Position numbers and translations under genes: made by a program
From: Alphaproteobacteria bacterium
GTDB lineage: Bacteria > Pseudomonadota > Alphaproteobacteria > CAAHEQ01 > UBA3637
Length of the DNA: 64,000 bases
Assembly: GCA_045532865.1 (NCBI GenBank)
Contig: JAZSGT010000017.1
Coordinates: 1,067-65,066, forward strand
Direction of reading: 5' to 3'
Shown: piece by piece, positions 1-9,452 of the stretch
How the letters are laid out: the number at the start of each line of letters is the position of its first letter
Numbering within the stretch: position 1 is the first letter of the stretch
The notes under the pieces: model-generated
Told to the model about the DNA's origin: nothing
Seen by the model: only the letters and a program-made list of their open reading frames with translations
The model's database searches: none

Positions 1-10
1 CAATATTACT

Positions 11-1321
11 TTGCGAACAACCTATACCAAGTTAAAGGAAAAAGAAATTGAACTGGGTTTAGAAGAGAAAGCAAAAGATGGGTATGAATGGTTTAAAAGT
101 TTTGGCAGTCATGTTTCTGCTTTGGAAAGATATGCAGAAAAAAGCATTAATGCCATCAAACAAGATAAACCCTATAACCCGAGCAATCCCAAGGTTAAAA
201 CCTTGCTTAAAAGTTATGATGAGATGAAGACCACAGAACGTCTGACTAAATCAATGGCCAAAACATCTTGGGAAAAGTTCTTTAAAAAGTATGCTTTATA
301 TAAAAAGAATATAAAAGGAAATACGGATTATTTGCTTGAAAGAACCTTTTTATCGGTTAAAATTTGCTTTTTACTGATGAACAGATTGTATATAGAAGAA
401 ATCACAAGACAAGATTGTCGCAAACTATGTGAAAAAATCTATCAAGTTCCCAGAAGATGGAATGTTGCTATAACCCAAGGAAAATCTATTCAAAATATTT
501 TAACCACATCCGAAAGAAAAGTACTATCAAAGAAAACAATCAAAGGAATTTTGGTTAGTTTTAAAGAATATCTTCGCTATGCAGTTAAAGAAGAAATTAT
601 AGATAATAACTTAAATGAATTCATTGATTTACCTAGCAAATTGGAAGGAACTGCCCGAACGCCATTTGATAATAAAGAATTACATAAAATCTTTAATCCC
701 AAGACATACCCTAACCCTCAAATGAGAAACAAACAGGCAAAGTTTTGGGTTCCATTAATTGCTTTATACCACGGATGTCGTTTAAATGAAATCTGCCAAT
801 TGAATACAGAAGATATTGTATCTAAAAATGGGGTTGCCTGTATTTCTATTAATGCAAACGGAGATGATAAAACATTAAAAAACAAAACATCTGAACGTAT
901 TATCCCCATTCATCCCGTATTACTTGATTTAGGATTTTTGAGATATGTTGATTTCCAAAGAAAATCCAAGAAAAAGAAACTGTTTAGTGAATTAACCCAA
1001 ATTGACAGAGGACGATACAGCAGAACGGTTCAGGCTTGGTTTGCCAGATATTTAGATGAATTAGATATCACAGATACAAGCAAAGTATTCCACTCATTTA
1101 GACATACCTTTGAAACAAAAGCAGTAGAAGTCAGAATACCAGCAGAGTATCAAAACGCTTTGGGTGGATGGTCTGATTATGGCATAGGGCAAAGAGTCTA
1201 TGGTAAGACGAAAGACATCAAGGTTATGTTAGAGGAATTAAGTAAAATATCTTATCCATTGTCTAAAGAATTAAAAGAATTTAAAGAAATGATAAGCAAC
1301 AGTTTTTATTGTAGAGAATAA
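11..1321 (+). CDS. Tyrosine recombinase / phage-type integrase (5' end possibly cut by the window edge)
   Basis: The frame is open back to nt 2 and the nominal start is a TTG, so the true start is uncertain. The C-terminal half shows tyrosine-recombinase catalytic elements (GCRLNEICQL Arg, HSFRHTF His-x-x-Arg, late Tyr in GQRVYGK). It ends 0.75 kb from the 3' end of tRNA-Leu(CAA). Confidence 0.85.
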   Translation: MRTTYTKLKEKEIELGLEEKAKDGYEWFKSFGSHVSALERYAEKSINAIKQDKPYNPSNPKVKTLLKSYDEMKTTERLTKSMAKTSWEKFFKKYALYKKNIKGNTDYLLERTFLSVKICFLLMNRLYIEEITRQDCRKLCEKIYQVPRRWNVAITQGKSIQNILTTSERKVLSKKTIKGILVSFKEYLRYAVKEEIIDNNLNEFIDLPSKLEGTARTPFDNKELHKIFNPKTYPNPQMRNKQAKFWVPLIALYHGCRLNEICQLNTEDIVSKNGVACISINANGDDKTLKNKTSERIIPIHPVLLDLGFLRYVDFQRKSKKKKLFSELTQIDRGRYSRTVQAWFARYLDELDITDTSKVFHSFRHTFETKAVEVRIPAEYQNALGGWSDYGIGQRVYGKTKDIKVMLEELSKISYPLSKELKEFKEMISNSFYCRE

Positions 1322-1333
1322 AAAAATGAAAAG

Positions 1334-1357
1334 ACTCTGTGAAAGCAGAGTTTTTTT
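1334..1357 (+). terminator. Rho-independent terminator after the integrase
   Basis: Hairpin ACTCTG-tgaaag-CAGAGT followed by a T7 run, 13 nt after the integrase stop. It lies inside the nominal GTG-started ORF 1339, which argues for a later start of that ORF. Confidence 0.7.
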
Positions 1358-1395
1358 ATATTCATTCCATAAATAAATCATATATAACCAAAGGA

Positions 1396-1824
1396 ATGAA
1401 CATGAATACAACTATACAAAAATTAGATGAATTATTAGCAAAAATAAGAACTCAAATTATTGAGAAAAAAGGTCTAAAAGAAGAACCAATAGAGCAACCT
1501 AAACCAGCAGATGAACAAACCGAACCCACAGAAGAACTCCCTCAACACCCTGATACAGATTATTTAATTAAGGTCTTTAATCATTTAAAGGATTTGGGAT
1601 ACATCAATACTCAATATGAGTTTTCTGAACAGTTTTTAAACAAAAACAAGTATTATTATGGGATGATATTATCTGAACGCAGGCATCCATCCATAGATGC
1701 ATTACATTTTTTAATCAAGTCAATCAGTGAACTGAGCGAAGCAGAAACCAATCATCAAAGACTTGATGCCCTTTACGAAGAAGGTCACAATTTAATTACA
1801 AAAAGGTTATTAAAGAACTTTTAG
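1396..1824 (+). CDS. Hypothetical protein adjacent to the integrase (acidic/Pro-rich N-terminal half, helical C-terminal half)
   Basis: ORF 1339..1824 trimmed to ATG 1396 (or 1402, MNTTIQ...) because the upstream part overlaps the terminator hairpin. AAGGA lies at 1391-1395. I recognise no domain. Confidence 0.55.
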   Translation: MNMNTTIQKLDELLAKIRTQIIEKKGLKEEPIEQPKPADEQTEPTEELPQHPDTDYLIKVFNHLKDLGYINTQYEFSEQFLNKNKYYYGMILSERRHPSIDALHFLIKSISELSEAETNHQRLDALYEEGHNLITKRLLKNF

Positions 1825-2038
1825 AAGACAGAAATTTAAAAAATTCGTTCAATGTCTTAAAGTGCGAATGAAATCCAAAAATCCAATCGGGCAAAAGTCA
1901 TCAAAATCTTACAAATCCGAACGGGAAAAATGGTACTAAAATCTTAAAATATAGATGTGTCTAAAAGTCTTTATCGGGCAAAGTGACGTGTAACTGTGAC
2001 GGGAAAGTAAAAACAGGCGAAAAATAAGCATTAAAAAA

Positions 2039-2057
2039 AGCCCCATTTTTAGGGGCT
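2039..2057 (-). terminator. Terminator downstream of tRNA-Leu(CAA)
   Basis: Hairpin AGCCCC-attttta-GGGGCT. On the minus strand it is followed by a T run (plus-strand A run 2033-2038), 12 nt past the tRNA 3' end. Confidence 0.7.
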
Positions 2058-2068
2058 TATTTGATTTT

Positions 2069-2155
2069 TGGTACCTCTAGCCGGACTTGAACCAGCATGA
2101 CCTTGCGGTCAACAGATTTTGAGTCTGTCGCGTCTACCAGTTTCGCCATAGAGGC
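2069..2155 (-). tRNA. tRNA-Leu (anticodon CAA), type II with long variable arm, CCA encoded
   Basis: The reverse complement reads GCCTCTA-TG-GCGAAACTGGTAGACGC-G-ACAGA-CTCAAAA-TCTGT-TGACCGCAAGGTCATG-GCTGG-TTCAAGT-CCGGC-TAGAGGT-A-CCA. The cloverleaf folds by hand, with a 7-bp acceptor stem (G1-U72 wobble), a 5-bp anticodon stem, loop CU-CAA-AA and a GACC/GGTC variable stem. Confidence 0.93.
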
Positions 2156-2230
2156 ATTTTTCACTAGACAAGTTGATTATACTCATTTATAATCCCATGT
2201 CAAGAGTTTTTTTATAAAAAGGACAAAAAA

Positions 2231-3013
2231 ATGAAAAAAGATATTTCTACACCTTCATCAATCTTTATAACTGGCGCATCTAGTGGTATTGGGAAAGCCA
2301 TTTGTGAAGCCTATGCCAAACCAAACATTCACCTTTTTTTATGTGGTAGAAATTTAGAACGCCTCAATGCCATTGCAAAAAAATGCAATGAAAAAGGAGC
2401 AATTGTCCATTCTTTTCAATTTGACATAACAGACAAATTAGCAACAAGAAATGCATTACTTGATGCACACGCTATCAAACCACTTGACCTTGTCATTGCA
2501 AATGCTGGTGTTTCTGGTGGAGTTTTAGGCAAAGAAGATTCTGAATTTTCCATTCGACAAATATTTGAAACAAATATCAATGGCGTTATCAACACCGTTT
2601 TACCCACCATTGAAATTTTTAAAGAACAAAAACATGGCCAAATTGCACTTATGAGTTCAATTGCTGGGTTTAGAGGTTTGATGAATTGCCCAGCCTATTC
2701 TTCATCAAAAAACTTTGTTAAAGCATGGGGAGAAGCATTAAGAGGATCCTTAAAATCTGATAACATCAAGGTAAACGTCATCTGCCCCGGATTTGTTAAA
2801 ACACCACTCACCGATAAAAATCTCTTTAAAATGCCTTTTTTAATGCAGCCAGATAAAGCTGCAAATATTATCATTGAAGGATTACAAAAAAACAAAGGGA
2901 TAATTGCATTTCCTAAAATTATGCATTTTTCAATTGCACTACTAACAGCCCTACCCCGTTGTATAACAAATCCGATTTTTGAATATTTACCCCAAAAAGA
3001 AAAAAAATCCTAA
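2231..3013 (+). CDS. Short-chain dehydrogenase/reductase (SDR family oxidoreductase)
   Basis: TGASSGIGKA cofactor-binding glycine motif and YSSSK (Y-x3-K) catalytic motif. AAGGA SD upstream. Confidence 0.9.
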   Translation: MKKDISTPSSIFITGASSGIGKAICEAYAKPNIHLFLCGRNLERLNAIAKKCNEKGAIVHSFQFDITDKLATRNALLDAHAIKPLDLVIANAGVSGGVLGKEDSEFSIRQIFETNINGVINTVLPTIEIFKEQKHGQIALMSSIAGFRGLMNCPAYSSSKNFVKAWGEALRGSLKSDNIKVNVICPGFVKTPLTDKNLFKMPFLMQPDKAANIIIEGLQKNKGIIAFPKIMHFSIALLTALPRCITNPIFEYLPQKEKKS

Positions 3014-3135
3014 AGTATTTACTTTTGTTCTACAACGCCTTAAATACTTTTTTGCAAAATCAATAAAATGTTTGCAATTCATAATCTTTTTTGATAAAAT
3101 TGGAAAACAATTTTTATGTATGGAAGGATAATTTT

Positions 3136-3813
3136 ATGAGAAAACAAACCCCTGAAGAGTTGGAAGAAATTCAACAAGCTATTTTAGCACGCGAGGTTGA
3201 AGAAGAGCTTCAAAAAGAGAGATTATTAAACTTTTGGAACAAATATCGTTTTTTAATCATCGGTGGTATTTTTGCCATCATCCTGTCAACTGCGGGGACT
3301 GAACTTTATCATTCTTGGCACAATAAAGTTCGTCTTTCTGAATCAAACAAATTTGAATCAGCTGTTGTATCAATTGCAACAGGCGAACAAGACAAAGCAA
3401 TTGAAGCATTAAAAGCCATAACACAAGAAGCAAAAACAGATTACAAATATTTGGCAGAACTTCGTTTAGCAGGCGTTGCATTACAAAACAAAAAATTAGA
3501 TGATGCTCTTTCAAAATTAAAATCTATTTACGAAAATAAAGATGCCCCAACAGCTTTAAGGAACATCGCCCGTTTAAGTTTTGTTGGTCACCAAATTGAC
3601 ACTCAAGATGGTGATACTTTATTACCAATTTTGAGCGATTTGTTAACACCCCAAAGTGAATACTATCCAGCTGCTGTTGAATTAAAAACAGCAATTCTTT
3701 TAAAACAAAACAAAAAAGAAGAAGCACGTCAACTTTTACAAAATGCCGTGTTAAGTCCAAATTTATCCCCCGATGTGGTTAATCGGTTAAAATCTTTTTT
3801 ATCTGCTATCTAA
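3136..3813 (+). CDS. YfgM-like membrane-anchored TPR-like protein
   Basis: One N-terminal TM segment (FLIIGGIFAIILSTAG) followed by a helical repeat region. It occupies the conserved position directly upstream of bamB and der. Start moved from TTG 3091 to ATG 3136, which follows GGAAGGA. Confidence 0.65.
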   Translation: MRKQTPEELEEIQQAILAREVEEELQKERLLNFWNKYRFLIIGGIFAIILSTAGTELYHSWHNKVRLSESNKFESAVVSIATGEQDKAIEALKAITQEAKTDYKYLAELRLAGVALQNKKLDDALSKLKSIYENKDAPTALRNIARLSFVGHQIDTQDGDTLLPILSDLLTPQSEYYPAAVELKTAILLKQNKKEEARQLLQNAVLSPNLSPDVVNRLKSFLSAI

Positions 3814-3825
3814 TATAGGAGAAAT

Positions 3826-5100
3826 ATGATGAAACATCTTATCTATGCTGTCTGTGCTGTTGCCTTACTTTCTGGTTGTGCTCAAGTCAAAAAAACGGCC
3901 CCAAAAGAAGGGCGTGAAGCCGTTCAAAAAACTTTTCAAAATCAACTTATTGAAAAGTCAGTTGATAAGATTGTTTTATCTCAACCTCAAATTATTCACT
4001 CTTGGCTTTTTTCATCAGCCAATCAGCAAAATAAAATTCCACATGCCGCCATTTCAGGATTTGACAAAAAAGTTTGGTCCGAAAATGTTGGCAAAGGTGT
4101 TTCAACAAGTTATATTCACCTTCCAAAACCCATTATGCATGAGGGGATGATTTATACATTAGACAGCCAATTAAAATTAACCAAAACAACTGCTGATGGT
4201 GATGTTATTTGGGATTTACCTATTCGTGAAAATGAAGATATCCCAGCTGTTGCAAGCGTTGGTTTGGCTTATGACAATGGTCTTGTTTATGTTGTTTCTG
4301 GTGATGGCATTGTATATGCCATTGAACCAGAGGGAGAAATTGTATGGCAACAAGATACAAAAAATATTTTACGTTCTGCCCCAGTTATAAAAGATGGCCA
4401 TTTATATGTCCTGTCTGCAAACAATGAACTTTTTGTTTTAAACACAAAAGATGGTTCCATTGCTTGGACATATAAAAATTTGGAAACGGACACCAACCTT
4501 CTTGGCATGGGAAACCCTGCCTTAGCTTATGGAATTGCAGTTGTTCCATTTTCAAGTGGTGAAATTATTGCTTTTGATGACAAAACAGGTCAAGTTCTTT
4601 GGTCAAACACCTTATTATCCTATCGCACATTCAATCAAATTGCAGATTTAAGCCACGTTCTTGCTGCTCCAGTAATTGATGGTGGTGTTGTGTATTTGAT
4701 TGGGAATGCGCATCAAATGGGGGCATTCAAACTCAAAACTGGGGAAGAAATTTTCACAGCACCTATCGGGGGACAAACAACACCCGTTATTGTAGGAGAT
4801 GCTCTCTTTATGGTTACAAACAAAGATACTCTCATTGCTATGAACAAATATAACGGCCGTTTAATTTGGGAGAAAGAATTATATAGCAAAACTGAAAAAC
4901 GCGTCTCTTGGCACATGCCTGTTCCAATTAACAATCAAATCGTTGTCACATCAGGTGAAGGTGATGTGATTGTTTTTGATATGCTCACAGGTAATGAAAC
5001 AAAAAAATTAAAAATGGAAAAGCTTTTTGTTGCGCCAACAGCTTATAATAATGGTTTATTATTTTACACAGATGACGCTGATTTAATTATGTATCGTTAA
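3826..5100 (+). CDS. bamB: Outer membrane protein assembly factor BamB (PQQ-like beta-propeller lipoprotein)
   Basis: Lipobox LLSGC. Repeated beta-propeller blades (GxVYAl..dG..vW, DG..Y.....g.l.al....G...W). Conserved yfgM-bamB-der gene order. Confidence 0.85.
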   Translation: MMKHLIYAVCAVALLSGCAQVKKTAPKEGREAVQKTFQNQLIEKSVDKIVLSQPQIIHSWLFSSANQQNKIPHAAISGFDKKVWSENVGKGVSTSYIHLPKPIMHEGMIYTLDSQLKLTKTTADGDVIWDLPIRENEDIPAVASVGLAYDNGLVYVVSGDGIVYAIEPEGEIVWQQDTKNILRSAPVIKDGHLYVLSANNELFVLNTKDGSIAWTYKNLETDTNLLGMGNPALAYGIAVVPFSSGEIIAFDDKTGQVLWSNTLLSYRTFNQIADLSHVLAAPVIDGGVVYLIGNAHQMGAFKLKTGEEIFTAPIGGQTTPVIVGDALFMVTNKDTLIAMNKYNGRLIWEKELYSKTEKRVSWHMPVPINNQIVVTSGEGDVIVFDMLTGNETKKLKMEKLFVAPTAYNNGLLFYTDDADLIMYR

Positions 5101-5109
5101 GGAAAAAAA

Positions 5110-6600
5110 ATGAAAACAGTTGCAATCGTAGGCAGAACAAACGTTGGCAAATCAACACTTTTTAACAGGCTTTGCAAAAAAAAGCTCGCCATTGTTCATG
5201 ATGAACCAGGCGTTACAAGAGACAGAAAAGAAGGAACAGCCCATTTGGGTGATATTTCTTTTCGCCTCATTGATACAGCAGGGTTGGAAGATAATTCTTC
5301 CCTTGCCAAAGCCATGTGGCGTCAAACTCAAATTGCCATTAAAGAAGCTGACGTTATTTTGGCCATTGTTGATGCAAGAAGCGGACTTACCCCTCTTGAT
5401 AACAAAATGGCTGAGGAACTAAGACAAGTTGATAAACCAATTATCCTTCTTGCAAACAAATGTGAAGGCGCTCAACACATTGGTGATTTTTATGCTCTTG
5501 GTCTTGGTTCTCCCCTTAAAATTTCAGGGGAACATGGCCTTGGTATCAGCGATTTGTATCAAGAATTAAAATCGCTTATCGCCCCACCAAAAGATGAATC
5601 TGAAGAAGAGGATGATTTCTTTGAAGAGGAAGAAGTTATTGAAGAAGAGTCAAAAGTAAAACCGCTCAAACTTGCCATTGTTGGGCGTCCAAATGTGGGT
5701 AAATCAACCCTTGTTAACCAACTTTTGGGACAAGAACGTTTGCTCACAGGTCCAGAAGCTGGCGTTACGCGTGACGCCATTACCATTCCTTGGAATTGGA
5801 GAGGAAATGAAATTTTATTAACTGACACAGCTGGCCTTAGAAAAAGAGGAAAAGTCACCAATCAGGTGGAAGAAATTTCAGCTCAAGACACAAACACAAG
5901 CATTGATTTTGCTGAAGTCGTTATTTTGGTTTTGGATGCCAATGTTCCAATGGAAAAGCAAGATTTAATCATTGCATCAAAAGTTTTGAATGAAGGGCGT
6001 GTTCTTTTGATTGCGCTTAACAAATGGGACAGTGTTGAAAATCAACATCAAGTTTTGAACCAATTGAAAGAAAAACTCGTTGAATCATTGCAACAAGTTA
6101 AAGGCATTCCTGTTCACACAATTTCTGGTAAAACAGGTTATGGTTTAGACAGAATGATGAGTGATGTGTTTGAAATGTATAAACTTTGGAATAAACGTGT
6201 GCCAACGCACAAGCTCAACACATTCTTGCAAGAAATGACTCAAGCACACCCAACGCCAGTTGCAAGCAATGGCCGACGCATTCCTATGAAATATATGACA
6301 CAGGTTTCTAAACGTCCACCAACCTTTGTGATCTTTTCAAGCAACCCAGATCAATTACCAGAATCTTATCTCAGATATCTTTCAAACGGATTGAGAGAAC
6401 GTTACGGTTTGGTTGGCGTGCCAATCAGAATTCACATGAGAAAGCGCGAAAACCCTTATGCTGAAAAAGCAAAAGAACGTGCATCAATTAAGAAAAAAGC
6501 AAAGATTATGGAAAAGAAACAAACAAAAGGCAAACCAAAACCAAAATCCAAAGTTAAACAAGGTCCAAAATCTTTACATAGAGAAAAAAGACGCAAATAA
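5110..6600 (+). CDS. der: Ribosome-associated GTPase Der/EngA, with a Lys-rich C-terminal tail
   Basis: Two tandem GTPase domains (GRTNVGKST ... DTAG ... NKCE; GRPNVGKST ... DTAGLR ... NKWD) joined by an acidic linker. The C-terminal ~50 aa are K/R-rich. Confidence 0.95.
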   Translation: MKTVAIVGRTNVGKSTLFNRLCKKKLAIVHDEPGVTRDRKEGTAHLGDISFRLIDTAGLEDNSSLAKAMWRQTQIAIKEADVILAIVDARSGLTPLDNKMAEELRQVDKPIILLANKCEGAQHIGDFYALGLGSPLKISGEHGLGISDLYQELKSLIAPPKDESEEEDDFFEEEEVIEEESKVKPLKLAIVGRPNVGKSTLVNQLLGQERLLTGPEAGVTRDAITIPWNWRGNEILLTDTAGLRKRGKVTNQVEEISAQDTNTSIDFAEVVILVLDANVPMEKQDLIIASKVLNEGRVLLIALNKWDSVENQHQVLNQLKEKLVESLQQVKGIPVHTISGKTGYGLDRMMSDVFEMYKLWNKRVPTHKLNTFLQEMTQAHPTPVASNGRRIPMKYMTQVSKRPPTFVIFSSNPDQLPESYLRYLSNGLRERYGLVGVPIRIHMRKRENPYAEKAKERASIKKKAKIMEKKQTKGKPKPKSKVKQGPKSLHREKRRK

Positions 6601-6605
6601 ACATA

Positions 6606-6635
6606 AAACCCACTGTTCATTTTCAGTGGGTTTTT
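6606..6635 (+). terminator. Rho-independent terminator after der
   Basis: Hairpin AAACCCACTG-(8 nt)-CAGTGGGTTT followed by a T run, at the convergent junction with the helicase gene. Confidence 0.75.
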
Positions 6636-6661
6636 GTTAACAAAAATCAGTAACTTTCATA

Positions 6662-9427
6662 TTAGCTTTTTTGCCGTTCTTGAGATGGCAAAGTTTTTTG
6701 TTTTTGAGAAGCGATTTTTCTTTCTTCTAATACAATTCCTTCTTGCACCAATAATTGTTTAAATGTTTCAAGAGCTTTGGGATGTTCATGCACACCTAAG
6801 GTAGTCTTTGTTCCTGACAAAACCTGTTCAATAAGAGGATACGCAATACCATCAACTTCAAATGTTTGTTTTTCATCACAATATTTTCGTAATTGGCGTG
6901 TGATAACCAAATCACCTTTTTTCAACAATATGCATAAATCTCGACATGTTTTCATCCCCTGACGTTTCAATGGAACATTTAATGCGACCCCTTCTTTTTC
7001 TAATAACCGCTTAAATATTTCCAATCCCTTTGGATGTTCATGTATACATAAAGCAATCTTTGAATGTGATTTAACTTTTTCAATAAGAGGATAAAAAATT
7101 CCATTAACTTCAAAAACCTCTCCTTTTTGATAATATTTTTCTATAACCCAATTCAATGAATCCGGAGATTTTTTTAACGACTTTGCTAAATCACAACAAG
7201 TTATCATCCCATTTCTTTTTAAAGGAATATCTAATTCACTTCCCTCCTGTTCCAACAATTGTTTAAAAATATCAAAAGCATTTGAGTTCTCATGTAATGC
7301 TAAACATACCTTCTGTCCGGATTTCACTTTTTCAACAAGGGGATATTCAACACCATCAATCTCAAAAGTTTTATTTTCATCATAATATTTTTGTAATTTA
7401 TCTGCCCAAAACTGAGTTCTTTTATTTAATAAATTTGTCAAATCAAGACTTGATTTCATACCCTCTCGTTTTATCGGAATATTAAATTCAACCCCTTCTT
7501 GTATTAACAACTGTTTAAAAACAGCGACAGCCTTTGCATTCTCATGCAAAGCTAAAATTATTCTTCCAGCACTTTTTACTTTTTCCACCAATGGATACGA
7601 AATACCCTTAACTTTAAATGTTTGTTTTTCATTATAATATTTTTTTAAATACTCAACAAGAAATGTATCTTGCTTATTCAACAATTTTCTCAAATCAACA
7701 CTTGATTTCATACCCTTTCGTTTTAATGGGATGCGAAATTCAACGCCACATTGTTTCAATAACTGTTTAAAAACAGCAACAGCCTTTGCATTCTCATGCA
7801 AAGCTAAGATTATTTTTCTGGGATTTCTTACTCTTTCTACCAATGGATATGAAACGCCATTAAATTCAAACGTTTGTTTTTCCTCATAATATTTTCTTAA
7901 ATATTTAATTATACAGGCATCTGATTGATTTAACAACCGGCTTAAATCAACCCTTGTCTTCATTCCCTCTCGTTTTAAAGGGATATGTTCTTCAAATACT
8001 TCGTTATCCGCTTCATTTTCAAGAGTGATTAATTCTTCAATATCGGAAAAAACCTCAAATGTTTCCAAAGAAATATGTTGTTTTGTTGGTCTTTCACTCT
8101 TATTTGATAAAATAAAATCCAAACCATTCTCATTTTTTTGATTTTTCAATAAAACACTTTTATTTGCAATATCTCGGTACAACACTTGACCATTAGCATG
8201 AGAAGATAAAATTGGGTTATCATAATCTGGATGCGCAAAAACAACATCCACAATCAAAGCAAACTTATTTTCATTTTCTGGATCAAGACGCAAAACACGA
8301 CCACCCCGTTGCGCTTCAACCACTCTGGAACAAGTTGGATAGTTAATGCACATATCCAATTCAGGCATGTCAAACCCTTCAGAGAGTTTCCCAACCTGAC
8401 ATAAAATGGGTAAATCACCATTCACAAATTTATTCAAAATGGTTTTATCTTTTGTATTAGTTATCCAAGTGCCTGCAATTGTTTTGCCAAACAATTTATT
8501 CAACGCTCTGGCCTGTAATTTTGCCTCAGCCTGTGAACGGCAGTTAATCATGCATTTTTTACCTTGAACTTTACCAATTGTTTCATCCACATAATTTTGA
8601 TAAAACACAGCAATTTCATTTGCAATTAACTCATGCACATTTTTCCAATTTTTTGCATTTCCATTTTCTTGATAAGATTTCAGAGCTTGAGAAAGTGCTT
8701 TTTCAAGTTCGGCTTCATTATATTCACCCGTGGTTGTTTTTGAAACAGAACTTAAATCCACCTTAATTTTAGAAGAAAGTAAAACATTTTTGCAAGGCGT
8801 AAGCAATCCATCTTTCACAGCTTGCACTGTGTTCATTTCAGATATCACTGAACCAAGCAAATTTTCCAAATTTTTATCTGGGGAATAAGCTGGCGTTGCT
8901 GTTAAACCATAACAACAAGCATTTGAAAAAGATTTAATTGCATCCATTCTGCTCTGAGACAACGAATGGTGAGCTTCATCCAACAACAAAAGGCCAACTT
9001 CTTTTGGGTTAATGTTGTTAACAAAGGTATTGAGTGAAGAATAAGTTGTTACAATAACATTGCTGGTTATATCTTTACCATAAGTATAAAAAGAACCAAT
9101 GCTTAATGGTTCATTAAAATACATTTGATGAAAATCTTGAAAACGCTTTATCATCCCATCGCCATTTTCATCTTTAATCAAACTTTGCGTTGGAACAACA
9201 ACCACCACCTTACCCTTTGGATTATGTGATAAATAACCTTCAGCCAACACATTCATCATCCTTGTTTTACCAAAACCAGTGGCAAGATCAAAAAAACCTT
9301 TTGTTAAATTTTCATCCACTCTTGATAAAAATTCATCAAAAATATCTTTTTGAGCTGGTCTTAAATCTGAAATTGGCAAAAAAGATTTTATACCACTAAC
9401 AAGAGTATTAAAATTTTGTTGTTTCAT
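6662..9427 (-). CDS. SF2 (ResIII/DEAH-type) helicase fused to five tandem 84-aa repeats of an unrecognised domain
   Basis: Helicase motifs ATGFGKT (I), LLLDEAHH (II), GLTATP (III) and QRGGRVLR (VI). Start moved to ATG 9427 (MKQQNF...), 6 nt after GAGGGGA. The C-terminal 420 aa form 5 x 84 aa repeats. Confidence 0.85.
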   Translation of the reverse strand: MKQQNFNTLVSGIKSFLPISDLRPAQKDIFDEFLSRVDENLTKGFFDLATGFGKTRMMNVLAEGYLSHNPKGKVVVVVPTQSLIKDENGDGMIKRFQDFHQMYFNEPLSIGSFYTYGKDITSNVIVTTYSSLNTFVNNINPKEVGLLLLDEAHHSLSQSRMDAIKSFSNACCYGLTATPAYSPDKNLENLLGSVISEMNTVQAVKDGLLTPCKNVLLSSKIKVDLSSVSKTTTGEYNEAELEKALSQALKSYQENGNAKNWKNVHELIANEIAVFYQNYVDETIGKVQGKKCMINCRSQAEAKLQARALNKLFGKTIAGTWITNTKDKTILNKFVNGDLPILCQVGKLSEGFDMPELDMCINYPTCSRVVEAQRGGRVLRLDPENENKFALIVDVVFAHPDYDNPILSSHANGQVLYRDIANKSVLLKNQKNENGLDFILSNKSERPTKQHISLETFEVFSDIEELITLENEADNEVFEEHIPLKREGMKTRVDLSRLLNQSDACIIKYLRKYYEEKQTFEFNGVSYPLVERVRNPRKIILALHENAKAVAVFKQLLKQCGVEFRIPLKRKGMKSSVDLRKLLNKQDTFLVEYLKKYYNEKQTFKVKGISYPLVEKVKSAGRIILALHENAKAVAVFKQLLIQEGVEFNIPIKREGMKSSLDLTNLLNKRTQFWADKLQKYYDENKTFEIDGVEYPLVEKVKSGQKVCLALHENSNAFDIFKQLLEQEGSELDIPLKRNGMITCCDLAKSLKKSPDSLNWVIEKYYQKGEVFEVNGIFYPLIEKVKSHSKIALCIHEHPKGLEIFKRLLEKEGVALNVPLKRQGMKTCRDLCILLKKGDLVITRQLRKYCDEKQTFEVDGIAYPLIEQVLSGTKTTLGVHEHPKALETFKQLLVQEGIVLEERKIASQKQKTLPSQERQKS
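6725..7984 (-). repeat. Intragenic tandem repeat, 5 x 252 bp (84 codons each, no indels)
   Basis: Repeat starts at 7984, 7732, 7480, 7228 and 6976 (minus strand) each encode (I/V)P(L/I)KRxGM... The units end ...FK(Q/R)LLxxEG + 4 aa. 7509-7566 and 7761-7818 are 55/58 nt identical at an exact 252-bp offset. Confidence 0.9.
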
Positions 9428-9452
9428 ATAATTCCCCTCTAAATTTTTTGTA

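Noticed and set aside
3091-3135. Upstream TTG/GTG-initiated extensions are given by the ORF track for several genes (3091, 1339, 9481, 37239, 37912, 39619, 43221, 47940, 50505, 54296, 32092, 33654).
   Set aside because: In each case an internal ATG with a better-placed SD, or a start that removes overlap with a terminator or the neighbouring gene, gives a product with the expected N terminus. The starts remain predictions.
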